Source: Blasia pusilla
Taxonomy: Eukaryota
DNA length: 64,000 nt
Direction of reading: 5' to 3'
NCBI GenBank assembly: GCA_050084515.1
Contig: CM114271.1
Coordinates: 33,790,001 to 33,854,000 of the forward strand
Shown here: piece after piece, positions 23,601-35,399 of the stretch
Layout of the letters: the number at the start of each line of letters is the position of its first letter
Position numbering within the stretch: position 1 is the stretch's first letter
Position numbers and translations under genes: made by a program
Notes under the pieces: model-generated
Databases searched by the model: none
Seen by the model: only the letters and a program-made list of their open reading frames with translations
What the model was told of the DNA's origin: nothing

Positions 23601-26600
23601 AGATTTTTCGCTTTCAGCAGCAGAGACTGGAAGCAATTGAAAACCTCTAATCTAATAATGCAAGAATCCGGGTGAGGCAGCTCATGAATCAGCAGAGCAC
23701 TTAGCATGGATGAATTCGAAGAGATGGGCAGAAATGTGGGTACCTCGTCGAAGGACTCAAAAATATCAATGCTGGGTTGATGGATGGTGCACACAACAGT
23801 TCGCCCCGTATCCACCGTATTACGAACAGTTCTCATCACAATGGCAGCAGCTCGAGCGTCCAGACCCGAAGTGGGCTCGTCCATGAAGATGATGGAAGGA
23901 TTGGCCACCAGCTCCACTGCTATAGTCAAACGCTTGCGCTGCTCTGTGGACAGCCCAGTCACTCCTGGGAGACCCACAAGTGCATCCTTCACCGGTGTAA
24001 GCTCCACCAGTTCCATGACTTGTGTCACAAACAGCTGCACCACCCAGCAAGCCCACAACCAACACCAACATGATGAGTTCCGAGCTGCTCGTCAGCTGCA
24101 GGAAATTATCTGCTCCCAGCCAGTTCATGATGATGCAGGTTGGGTCTGGAACTGGAATCGCAAAAACTGGAGATGGGAAAGAATGACACCTCTCTAATAT
24201 CCTCTCTAGAACGACCCGATCGATTCCCATTAGGCAGATGACGATGAGCACAAGGTTGGGTTCGTGAATGAACCCTCAAAAATGGGATGAGAATCACACC
24301 TCTCTAGTTTCCTTGTCAATGTCGTTAGACAGACGCAGCCACGCGCTGTAGATCAGAGACTCCTCAATCGTCACTTGTGGGGAGTGGACATCAGTCTGCT
24401 CGCAGTACCCTGCAATTCGAGCAAAGGTTTCTTGCACCTTAGGATAACCAGAGATCCTGATGTCACCCTCAATATATCCTCCAGTTTTCCTTCCTGCAAG
24501 AACGTCCATCAATGTACTCTTTCCAGCTCCGCTGACTCCTACGAGTGCTGTAAGCACACCAGGCCTGAAAGCCCCCGTCACCTTTCGCAATAGCTGCAGC
24601 CTGTCTTCTATGGCCCCCTGAGCCTTCATTTCCTGGACAGAATCAGAGCACACATGAGTATCGATCAGGTCAAGCACATGAAGGTGTGATCAGCTCATGG
24701 AACCCCTTGTGTTTGTTTAGCTGACTGGGAAGCCCCTGTGCCCTTACCCTTGTGTTTCTTCAGTTGCGGATGACATTCTTTCGCAGAACCCTTATGACAT
24801 TGTTTTACACATGTTTCTTCAGCCGATATTTTTCGCAGAACCCTTTGAGTTTCCTTTGGTGTCGCTGACGTTGGGTTTTAAGGGGTTCCCACTTTTCTTT
24901 CGTTTCAGCCGACTATGGCCATGGAGTTCATTGGATCTTTGAAATGCCTCTTTTGGTACTCTAGGTGTGTTATCTTTTTCTCATATCGCGCTCTCGATGA
25001 GTTACCAATGGGTTCGTCTTTGAGCTTGGGTTAATCCAACCACTAGAAACGTCTTTGAGCTTGGATTTACCCAAGCTCAAACATCTCGATGGGTTAATCC
25101 AACCACTAGAAAAGAAAAGGACACTGATGTTTATCTGGAGATATATCAGAATAGACATATTGCCAAGTGAGTTCTCAATGCACTGGATTTTCATTGAAGC
25201 GATGCGTGAGCCATAATTTACTACGTGCCAATTGTCATGGCAGTTCTAAATTACGTGCAGAGAGGGAGAGGAGAGTTCTTACTTCGGGCATGTTAACGAA
25301 GTAGGACACATCATCGAAGCTGATCGACAGAGGCTCGAAGGGGAGGATCATGCCCCTTCTCAGGTTTGATGCCACAGTTGCTGCTACAGAGTCCAAAGAC
25401 GATCTAGCAATCGATATATTGCTGTTTCGTTTCGTTCCTCCAGATGAACTCATCCTGGACATCTGCACCCCATCTTGGCCATCGCCTCCACGAGACAGGC
25501 TTCCAGGTTGCGACCTTGACAATGAAGAACCTGGAGCAGGGAATTGCAATGGTACTCCCACAGTCAGTTTTGTTGGAGATAGAGGCCTCCAAGTTCTGTA
25601 GACGATCTGAGTTTCTAGAAGCAGAGTTTTTCATATTCAAGGCATGGCACTATCGGTTTCTCACCTTGTTCGCCTTGCACACGCACCGATTTGGACAACG
25701 ATGGCAGCATTTCACCCGTAAGAGCTGCATGTTTCTCAGCCAGGGTTTCTTCCGAGATTACGGCCTGAGCTTTTCCCAGAGCTGCATGCACAACAAGAAC
25801 GACGAATTCCACACGGGGTTGTCATTTATCGAGCGAAAGTCCCATCCAGCTTGGAGCTTACATCGAAGCTTCATTTGCCACATCGTGCTTGATTTGCAAA
25901 CCATCCTCACATGTGCACTGAAATTTGATTCTAAGACAGGACGAAGTGGCTCAGTCCATACGAGGCCTGGGGTTAATGATCGAAGGAGTGCCTGGAGAAG
26001 AAATCCAACTCACGATTCAGATAGGTAATGACGACTGCGAATAGCACATTGAAGAGAATTGTGTATCCAAGATTCACTCCAACTCCGATCCAAAACCAGC
26101 GTCCTCTTGGGTAAATACCCGAAGCCTCGAGAAAAGTAACTCCCAGAGATTTCGTGTCATTTCCAACGATCTGCGACAGGTTCAGAAGGTCATCCCATCA
26201 GCTTAGGCACATTTCATTTCTTCGACATACGCACCACTCGGAGAGAGTGAATGAGTAATGAAGCCATTTGTGAAGGAGAGAGAGACTCTACTCACTAAGT
26301 AGTGCCTGTCGTAGCCTTGCGACCATAGACCCAAGAGAGAAGAGAGAATGAATGAACAAATGAAGGAGAGACTGTACACATTAAGTAGTGCCTGTCGTAG
26401 CCTTGCCTTGAACAAATGAAGGAGACAAGAGAGAATGAATGAACAAATGAAATCGATCGTCCTTTGGGTATCCCAGACGACCATAGGACTTCTCTTGGCA
26501 AGTTGTGCAGCAGTTGGACAAGAAAAAGAAGCACTGCTGAGGATCTGAGAGGTCCTCGGGGGAAGGTGTTGCTCTCTCGCTTTCAAACACCAATGTGAGA

Positions 26601-29600
26601 ACCTAGCAATCTAAACCAGAGTGAATGAATGAATGAATAGAAATTTTTTGTCTACGGGGACCCCACAGGGCCATGGGACTTAGTTTTCCAAAAATAACAG
26701 CAATTTGAAGAAAGCACCAGCAAGGGCTTAAGAGATCCTTTGTGCCAGGTGATTTAACTCCGTGAGATATGCACAACACAACTGTGGAACAAAGAGTTCA
26801 CGATGTACATACGTGATCCCATGAGGGTGAAAGATACTCGTTCACATCAACTGCTCCCTGAGAATATGCCAGGGGGGAAACCCAGTAGGCCCAAATCCAC
26901 CAAGGTTTGATGGACTGCCTAGGAAGGAGAAACCCTCCGAGCGTGAACACCAACATGAGGGTGAGAGATCCTCCAGTGTTGGCTATCACCATCGTCCTAC
27001 ACACTCCAGCAATCAGTCGAAACATGCCCGAAGACATCTGATGTACACTGATGTAGAGGACAAGCTGTCGAAAGAACCTGCAGGCATCGGCAGGACGAAA
27101 GAGATGCATTTCTTAGAACCCTCATCAGCTTTACTGGGACCCGTGCACTCGAATGAGATTTCTGTCACTGCCTCCATGAAATGCGAGTGTAGATTTGCAT
27201 TTCCTTGACAACATAACAGCGAGAGTATTGATTTTAAATCCCTTGATAACACGAAAGGCAGCAATTCAACAGGGCTTGGATCAACATAGCTGTTTTTTCT
27301 ATGTGTACCTGCCAGCTGAAGGATCGAAGCCGATGGTGTAGTAAGTGATGAGGATCCACACCACCGACTCGAGAATGGAGATGGGTATGTTCAAAATAAA
27401 CTTGGAGAACGCAAAAGTCCATGGAGGATGAAACATGAGGTCTCTCTGCTTGTAGAACACTGGCAGTCGGGCTATGGTAAGCGAGAGTTCGGCGAAACCA
27501 TTGAACATGATGTTGAGAACACCAAAGAAGAGAGCTCCGGCATAGGTTTGCGCATCGGTCATGTTACGATGGTGCATTTGGGTTCGTAGGTACACGGTCG
27601 CACCGATCACAGCCATGATCGAAATCTGCGTCGCTTTGAAGATCACGATGAAGGAGTTTCTCTTCACTAGCAGCTTCTCCTTCGCATAAGTGGCTTTCAA
27701 GAGCTCCATGTACGAAACCGAATACCTCTTGAACGAAAGTGCTGCTTTATGGCTCGTTTCCTTCGGAAAGGGCTTGGCCAATTCTTGACCCATCTTCACA
27801 CCTATATGAAAGGATTTGAATGCCTCTGCGAACTGCGATACTGGCACGCCCACGTAAGGTCTGGTTTTTTCGGCCCAGTATTGCTCCTGATCCTTCCTAG
27901 ATGTCACCTGCGGATTGGGACTCGGATTCACAAATTGATCAGAAACCGAAACAGTTTTCGAGAATCCAGAGAGTGCAGCATGAGCTGGAGAGCAGTTGGC
28001 GCAGTCCTAGGAATAGAAGGGAGACGACTCGAGCAGGGCAGACAGCTGGGATTCGGTTGCTTGCCTCTTGCAGAAAGTCGGCGATTCCCTTCCTCTCGGG
28101 GCATTTGAAGCCACAACTTTCGAAGAACTCCAAGATGTTTTCCTGAGGTCCATGGTAGACCACCTGACCCTCGGACAGCAGCATGACATCGTCAAATAGG
28201 TTGAAGGTTTCAGGCGCTGGCTGCAGAAGTGAGATCACAATGGTGTGCTCCAGAACATGGCAGATATCTCGCAGGCATTTGATGATTTGGAAGGTTGTTG
28301 AAGTGTCTAAACCGGTCGAAATTTCGTCCATGAGCAGAGTCCTGAGGGGCCCAACCATCATCTCCCCTGGCATCCATACATCTTCAAATGTCAGACTCTC
28401 TCACTCACCACAAGGAGATGAGTCTCAAGCGCCTCTGTCATCTGAGAGCCTTCAATGATTGCTGGCGTTTCGATCCACTCTTGCAATTGAGGAATTCACT
28501 CTTCCAATCATCAAACAACCACTAAACAACTGAATGGACGAAAATATCCCTCACCCACCTGTAGTGACTCGCTTCCTCTGCCCCCCTGAAACTCCTCTCC
28601 TCATTTCATCCCCAAGCAAAGTATCTGCACATACATCCAAACCGAGGATCTGCAAAACGAGCGCACAGGGCTGCAGTTCAGCGACCCAAACCCTACAAAA
28701 TTGCTATCTGAATTCTCTGCTATAGATTCTGCCAGTCCCACCTTCAGCTCACCTCATAATTCCACGAACGAGAGTCGAAAAAGGGCAGTTTCATACCCCA
28801 CTGCAACCTCAAGAGCTAGAACTGGAAATCAATCAAAGACAAGCAACAGCACTCGCCTTCATGTAGTACTCAGTGATGAGGCTCCCCGGGCGTGATTGCG
28901 TTGCAATGGCCTGCAATAACACAAATCGACTTGGCTGTCAGCAAGAAGCTATATGCGCATTGCCTTGCTTATTAGTCGATAGTGCCCAGGATTGCCAAGG
29001 AATTGGATCTAGATATGACGACTCTACCTGGAGATTGAAGAACTAACTCTTCTGGGACAATGATAGGCACGAAAAGATGGCTCGGACGAAGAGAGAAATA
29101 TCCAGACCATCTTACTTTCATGAAAAAGTCCACATCTGGGTCTGGATAAATTCCTCGCTCCTTTTCTCTCTTGTCGAGTTCAGCAAGCAGATCTGCAACA
29201 GCATGTTTCGAGAAATCAGACGAAGAGACAGACGATACAAAGTTCCCAATCTAAAAATCTGATGACTCTTAAGAGTTCCACCCTGTAAGAATGAATGAAA
29301 CCCTACTGAAGCTCTCGGATGAATAATTATAATAAAAGTCGAAACCTTGAAAACCCGTATCTGTATGCAGTGAAGAAAGTCTCCGCTCCTTCAGAACACC
29401 GATTCAAAGAGAAGAGCGATTGACACTCTCGTCAAAGGATCGTCTTTTCTGGAGTGTGATCCTTTGATGAGAGTGTCACTCGCATTCTTGGCATCACTGA
29501 ACACTTACCATATCGCTGACCGATCCCCTGGCATTGCGCAGAGAAGTCGAGAGTTTCTCTTACTGTCATTTCCCCAATGTGCAAGTCGTGCTGACTGATG

Positions 29601-30785
29601 TAGGCCGCAGTCTTCTGGGGCACAAACTCATTCATCTTGTAGCCGTTGAAGGTGATTTCTCCCTCTTTCTACAGATCACAAGATGAATCGTGAGAAGAAA
29701 GCTTCAGCAGTTGGCAGCCAAACAATACAGCCCTCGACTTCTTGTAGCAGGAGATGGGTGACATCAAGAGGATCGTTCTCTCTGGATTGAAGACCCATCT
29801 CGTTCCTCAGCAGACGTACTGCCCTCAAGTTTCTTGAGTGAAGACGGTTCGACTTGAATATGGTGGCGTATGGATCATTGGCATCTTCCAGTGATAGACC
29901 CAAGACCACGCGACAGGAAATATGCATAATAGTGCTGCAGCGTTTCTCAATTACCTTCAAATCGGGGTCCAGCCTGCCCGCCAGCGCAAGAAGTAAACTT
30001 GTTTTGCCAGAACCAGGCGGCCCCAGCAGCAGTGTCATCCTGCAGGTGGCGCAAGAAGGGAGAGAAGCTTCAGAGGGCAGCAGCTCAAGAGCAAGAGATG
30101 GAGGGTGAGTGGTGATGACTGATCTGTGCACTCTGGTTCAAAGAGACGACGTTGAGGTGATCTGGTGCATCCAGCTATGCAAAAAAAGAAGAAGAAGAAA
30201 TCGAACTCGGCAGTGTTCAGCATCGAGGACCGACCTGCCGGGCTTGATGATACCACTAACATTCTGCAAAATTTGCAGCTTTATCTTCTTCGTCAAAGAT
30301 ATGCCCACCGTCTCAAACAAGCCCTGCAGTCGACAACAACTTCCCACATTGTCATTGATAGCCCAATTCGGACAGCTTAGAGCTCACGAAGTCCTAAGTT
30401 CCTCCACGATCTGATGTCGGCTCGGCAAGCTTCTGGACAACGGTGTTGGAATCAGGCACCGGTGTCTCTGGTTTAGGTGGCACGAGCTGCTGGATCGATT
30501 CGATTGGTTTGTGTTGGGTGCAGGAAGCAAAGCAGCAGCAGCAGCAGCAGCCGAAATTAGAAGCTCCTTTTGAGAAGGACTAGTATGCGGAAGAGCGATG
30601 CTTGTCACGAAGTCCCGACTCTTACCTCAACAAAGTTTCTCGCCACATTGAGCAAAGTTGGGAGAGCTCGACTGCCGACGAAGGCAGTGGCTTGGATGCT
30701 GATATCACGATATCGAACTTCCACTGTCGGTTGCTTGATATCCACCCTGTCATTTCAAGACGTTCACTCAATTCATGTCATGGTG

Positions 30786-30832
<47 letters not shown>

Positions 30833-32768
30833 AAATTCATGGCGAAGAGTTGTGTCCAGAGCTGTCTCTCCAAATTCACTAAACAAAGAGCGGAAAACTT
30901 TGCTGAAACTGGTGAGCTGGTACCACCAAAGCTGTTCAGTAGCGTCCATTCTCTGATCTCTCTATCTCTCACTCACTCTCTCTCTCTGTCTCTCTCACTC
31001 GTAATTCGCTTAGTTCAACAGACAGGAAGAGCAACAGAGCACTCCGAAATCGCAGGTGTCCGAGGCTAGATTCACTGCGTGAACTGCGGACCCCGACGAG
31101 TCTCCGGTCACAGAGGCTCCCTACGTCTCGCGACGAGTTGTTCTTTCTGCGACACGGGTGCGAAGGGAAAAGAAAAGAAATCCTCCGTAAAAGCGGAGAA
31201 CCAATCAGAATACATCGTAGCACCCGCACCGTCCAACGCGATATCTCCTCCTCGTAACTAGTGACGTCTCTCTTCGCCTCTGGCCGCCACTTAAACAACG
31301 GTTTCTCTCTTGGCGAATCGACGTGGCTCGACGGATTCGAAGTCATCGCGGGTCGGGCAGTGGAAGGCGCTTTCAAATTTCAATTTCCGGGTTGTAGAGT
31401 CCCCTCCTAAGCCACGCGTCTTTCATGGGTGACTTGCTTGATCGAAAGTGCTCCAAAGTCGCGAATTGCGAAAACTCCGAATTTAGTTTGAAATCGCAAA
31501 TATCTTTCGGGATTGGATGCGGATGTACGTGGTGATCTGGGTGTCAAGACCACACATATATGTCATATGTGCGATTACCACCTGTCACATATGGTATGAT
31601 TCCATGTGTCATCAGCACACATGCGGAGGGGGGTCCTGTATATTCACGTGGACGTATCCTCCTCTCTCTACACGACTCCACATTCTTAGTCTTCCCTTCG
31701 GCGCTCCCTCTGCCCGAGAAATGAAAAACGTTCCTTCCCGATTCGCCTGCATTCCGCAACCGAAGCGGCCGTGAAACGCTCATCTCCGCCTCCTCCGCTG
31801 AAGTCGCGCTCCCACGAACAGTTTATTTACTGCGACACTGCCCGCGATTGACGTCGGCTGGCAGTGCACCCTCTCCCTCTCTCTCTCTCTCTCCCTCTCT
31901 CTCAATTCTTTCGAGGAGGCCCCGAGTCCGATGCACTAGAATGGCAGATTGGATCCTCGCCCGGGATCCCGAGAACGAAAAGCGACGCGCGCGAGTTGGG
32001 AAGTGCGAATACGTCCGGAGGGAGTCGGTCCCTTTTCTGAGTCGGCGTTTCTCAGGGAAGTCGAGGCTCGTAGGGAATGCGGTCGCTCGGGGAGGCGTGA
32101 CGAGCGGACGAGCTCAGATTCCGAGCTACGGAGTCAGTGACAGTCGTTTTCCAGCAATTGAGAGCTGAGAATTCGTGGCGGCAGGAAGTTCTTGACTTGA
32201 TTTTCGTCCGCTGCGGGCCACGCAGTGGCAGTGCGCGGACAGTTGGAGTGGTGGGAGAAGCGAGTCCGCGAGTTCCGTGACGCAAGGGACATGAGATAGA
32301 GTGATTCTAGCGCTGTGCGAGAAGTGACAGCCGTAATTCTCACCTGGCTATGCGCGCAGCTAGACGCTTCACGAATTCTTCGTTGTCGTCCTCCGTGTTG
32401 TTCGTGGCGAACACGTTGTTGAGGAGGAGCTGGTTTTCTTCGATGCCGATGCTCCTGAGATCTACCTGGTTAGGATGGACCTTGCTTCCCTTCATCTGCT
32501 CGAGGATGGAGGTGCGCAAGCGGTCGTACGTGGGCAGTTTCTCCAAAGCCGCCCATCTCAGGTTCATCTCGTCCTCCTCCGCATGCTCGTTTCCTCTCGG
32601 GAACGCATTGTCGGGCTGAATCCCTCCCCAGTGCCTCGCACTGCCAAATCGCGCGCTCCCGCCCACGCTCAGTTGGAGACTACTTCTCCGTGCGCTGCTT
32701 CCTAAACTCCTCCTGCTCGATCCCAGGTCGTCGATCGCCTGCAGATCCGCCGCGGTGGAAGCCGCCAT
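20699..32768 (-). CDS. ABCG: Full-size ABCG (pleiotropic drug resistance, PDR) transporter, 22 exons
   Basis: Exon 1 (32768-32344) carries the PDR motif [25 protein letters not shown]1: [32 protein letters not shown]1 ends in [14 protein letters not shown]2: [53 protein letters not shown]2: [16 protein letters not shown]-terminus INFQNR*. Exons join in frame with 19 GT-AG and 2 GC-AG introns. Confidence 0.96.
20995..21365. repeat. ~170-bp tandem duplication (2-3 copies) in the last ABCG intron
   Basis: ATCGTYAGAACGATTCTCAACTTTCACAACTAWGGCACCGACTTGCAAGCAGTCTCA at ~21150 and ~21308, with a degenerate copy at ~20997. Confidence 0.85.
23161..23590. repeat. 85-bp minisatellite (5+ copies) filling ABCG intron 16 (23148-23743)
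   Basis: GAGATCACAAAGYTCGATCAGTTGGTCTAAGCT..GGATGTCAGCAGCAGCAACCGG..TTGAAAGATA starting at 23161, 23246, 23331, ~23415, ~23500 and 23573. Confidence 0.93.
26296..26452. repeat. Interleaved short direct repeats in ABCG intron 11
   Basis: TAAGTAGTGCCTGTCGTAGCCTTGC twice and AAGAGAGAATGAATGAACAAATGAA twice. Confidence 0.8.
30788..30830. repeat. (CT)n microsatellite in ABCG intron 1
   Basis: Perfect CT run. Confidence 0.98.
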
Positions 32769-35399
32769 CTTGCGAGCTTCGAATTCCGCGAGAGTCTACT
32801 GCGATGAACTACGACTGCTGCTTCTGCGCTATGTGATCTCGCCCGCGCTCGGCCCTCGCATGCCAGCGATCGCGACGTCGAGCTCGAGTGCTCGCTCTCC
32901 GGCGCCGCCTACTACCGAACTCTGCTCGTAAACGACGACGACCCGACGCGCGCAGCTGCTGCTCGAGGAATTCCCCGCTTCAGCCGTTCGCGTGTTCCTA
33001 ACTAGTGCTCCGTCCTCGAGATTTCGACGCTCCGTTGCATCGGCAGCCGCATAGCTGCCTCTCCCCTCCGCGGGAAACAGCCACCGCGATGGGCTCTCTG
33101 CTCGGACTCAGGAAATCCCGACTTCATCTCCGCAGCTCGATCGCCCCGGCCCGCGTGTCCGGCACTGGGAGACCGCTCTCGAGTGCGAGGACTGGCAGAA
33201 TTTAACCTCTTCCTTCCTTTCGAGCGCTGCGGGGCGCTACGTATCCCGTCAGCTATAGCCTGTAGGTAGCTATGTCGATTCGATCTGCACGCAAATTTAT
33301 ATCCGTCGATAATGCAGAGCATGCGGTCCGAGGTGGAGACCATAGGTCCTTTCATCCTCCGGAGGGCCCGACCGGCTGCAGCGAGCTCAGTGGTCCTTGG
33401 CACTGCAGGAGCTCCGATATACGGACTGCCAGCACCCGGTGCCTACCTCCTGCCTACCGGGGACTGCCGGCGTTTCTTCACAACTGGCTGATCCGAGAAC
33501 AGCTTGTCGAGAATCTGGCCGATCCCAGCCGTCCTTTGCGACGACTCCGCCGGTCAACTTTTCAAACTCCAGCGCTGTCTGTCCTGCACCCGAACTGCGC
33601 GACGCGCGGAAACGCGGGCAGCAGGCTCTGCCCAGTTCACGAGTCTCCCACCCGTGCGGCTCCGCCTCCTGCGCTGCGCCCCTCCACCAGTGACCAGTCT
33701 CTCTAGAAGGTTCTATTTCGCTACCGGACAAGGCTCGGCATCCGACAGTAGAGCAACGTGGAGAGCACCCTGCTGCCTGCGTACCTTCCATCGCCTTCCA
33801 AGCCCTCCCGAGTCCCGACCTCCGAATACCGTAGATAGTAGATACCCACCGTCTTCTTTCACCCCCGCCGAACACACGTGCGACCTTCTCGCTGGACGCT
33901 ATCTTCTCTTTCCGCGATCCCCTTTCTCTCGCGAACGACTGGCCGCTCCGGCTGTGTGCGCAGAGCGCACACACACAAAAGCTGCGAACCCGGTACTGCC
34001 AAGGTCGTCCTAAACCTTCCGTCCGCCTGGAACGTGAGTCATTCCCGGGCGTCACGGGACTAAGTTGCCGCGACAGCACCGGGCCAAGCGAGCACGGGTC
34101 CCAGGGGTCGCGAGAACTTCAGAAGGCGCCCGACGCCGATGGGTTTTCTCGCGACGGAGAAAAAACTTCCCGGTTGCGAGAAACTTCGTTTATCGTCCCG
34201 TCCGTTATTCCCGTTTACCCGGTATGCTCTCGCCGACAACAACCATGTATATACTCCTTTATTGGAGTGGTCGCACGGGGACAAGCCCCACGGGCATCGT
34301 ACGTCGACTACGAACGGGATCGCGACTACCGTAAACGTGCCAACCCGGGAATAAGGTGAAAATTGCCTTTCCTTTCCTTTCCATTGAATCCATTCCCGCG
34401 ACGCTTCCAAGAAAAGAAAAGGTCGGGCAATGCATGTCGGTCATCTTTCCCGGGTCAATGCAAGAAAATATTTATATTTTGGTCATCCGTGTGCGAAAGG
34501 TGTTTTCATTTCGTTTGGATAAAATGTTTGGGCCCTTAACCAAAATTTGAAAGCCCACTTTCGATGTCCGTAGTTTAGTCTAGTTTAATGCAAAAAACGA
34601 GGGTTTAGGGAGGTTGTCCTTTGTATTCGTATCTGTTTGGTCGGCTGGAATGAAGAAAACTTTGAAACTCTCCGCTCAGGTTTGTAGAGACCGGTAATGT
34701 ACCGGTTGTCACGAAAACACTCCCCGGACCCTGGTTTAATGTCCATGGTTTTCTGTTTGCCTTAATTATTGGGATTTTTCGATCTCTTCTCCTTTCATTT
34801 ATGTTCGCTGAAGTTGATGAGATCTTGGGATCTCCTCTTTTCATCACTGTGCTCGTACATTTTTAAACTCAAACTCGTATTTTATTTTTGTAGTGCGATA
34901 ATGATTTTCAACTATGAATTCACTTTTTTCTAAGGTTATTTTGTCCTTCTAAATGGATTCCCTTCCTTAGTCTCATCCTTATATTTTCATTGGGTACTCC
35001 TTATATTTTCATTGTGTACCTAATGATAAAGAACTCCACATGTGTATTTCTAATTTTGTGCACCATAACTTCTCATTCATGTCCACGTGGGTATGAAGTT
35101 CTCCGCGAAAAATTCTCCTTTATTTGATTTTATTCAACCATAATCTTTCCCCCTTTACTCTTCTCATCATAGATCTTGTCTTTTTCTTTCCACTACTCAT
35201 TCATCCATTACACTCTTTATATTTCGTACCTACCCTCCTCTTATCCCCGTCTCTTTGCACTCATCATAATCTCGATCCCTTACTATGAAATCCTATTATT
35301 TTACCATCCCCATATATATCATCTGAACCTTCGCTCCAATTCCCATCTTTTTTATCCTCTTTCTCCTCCTTCCCCAACTTACTTAATCCTATATGGTCA

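Noticed and set aside
21717-32705. Plus-strand ORFs antisense to ABCG exons
   Set aside because: Shadow ORFs of the coding strand with no independent evidence.
33002-34410. Many overlapping ORFs (up to 230 aa) upstream of ABCG
   Set aside because: GC-rich promoter/5' leader where ORFs arise on both strands by chance; no recognisable protein. uORFs cannot be excluded.
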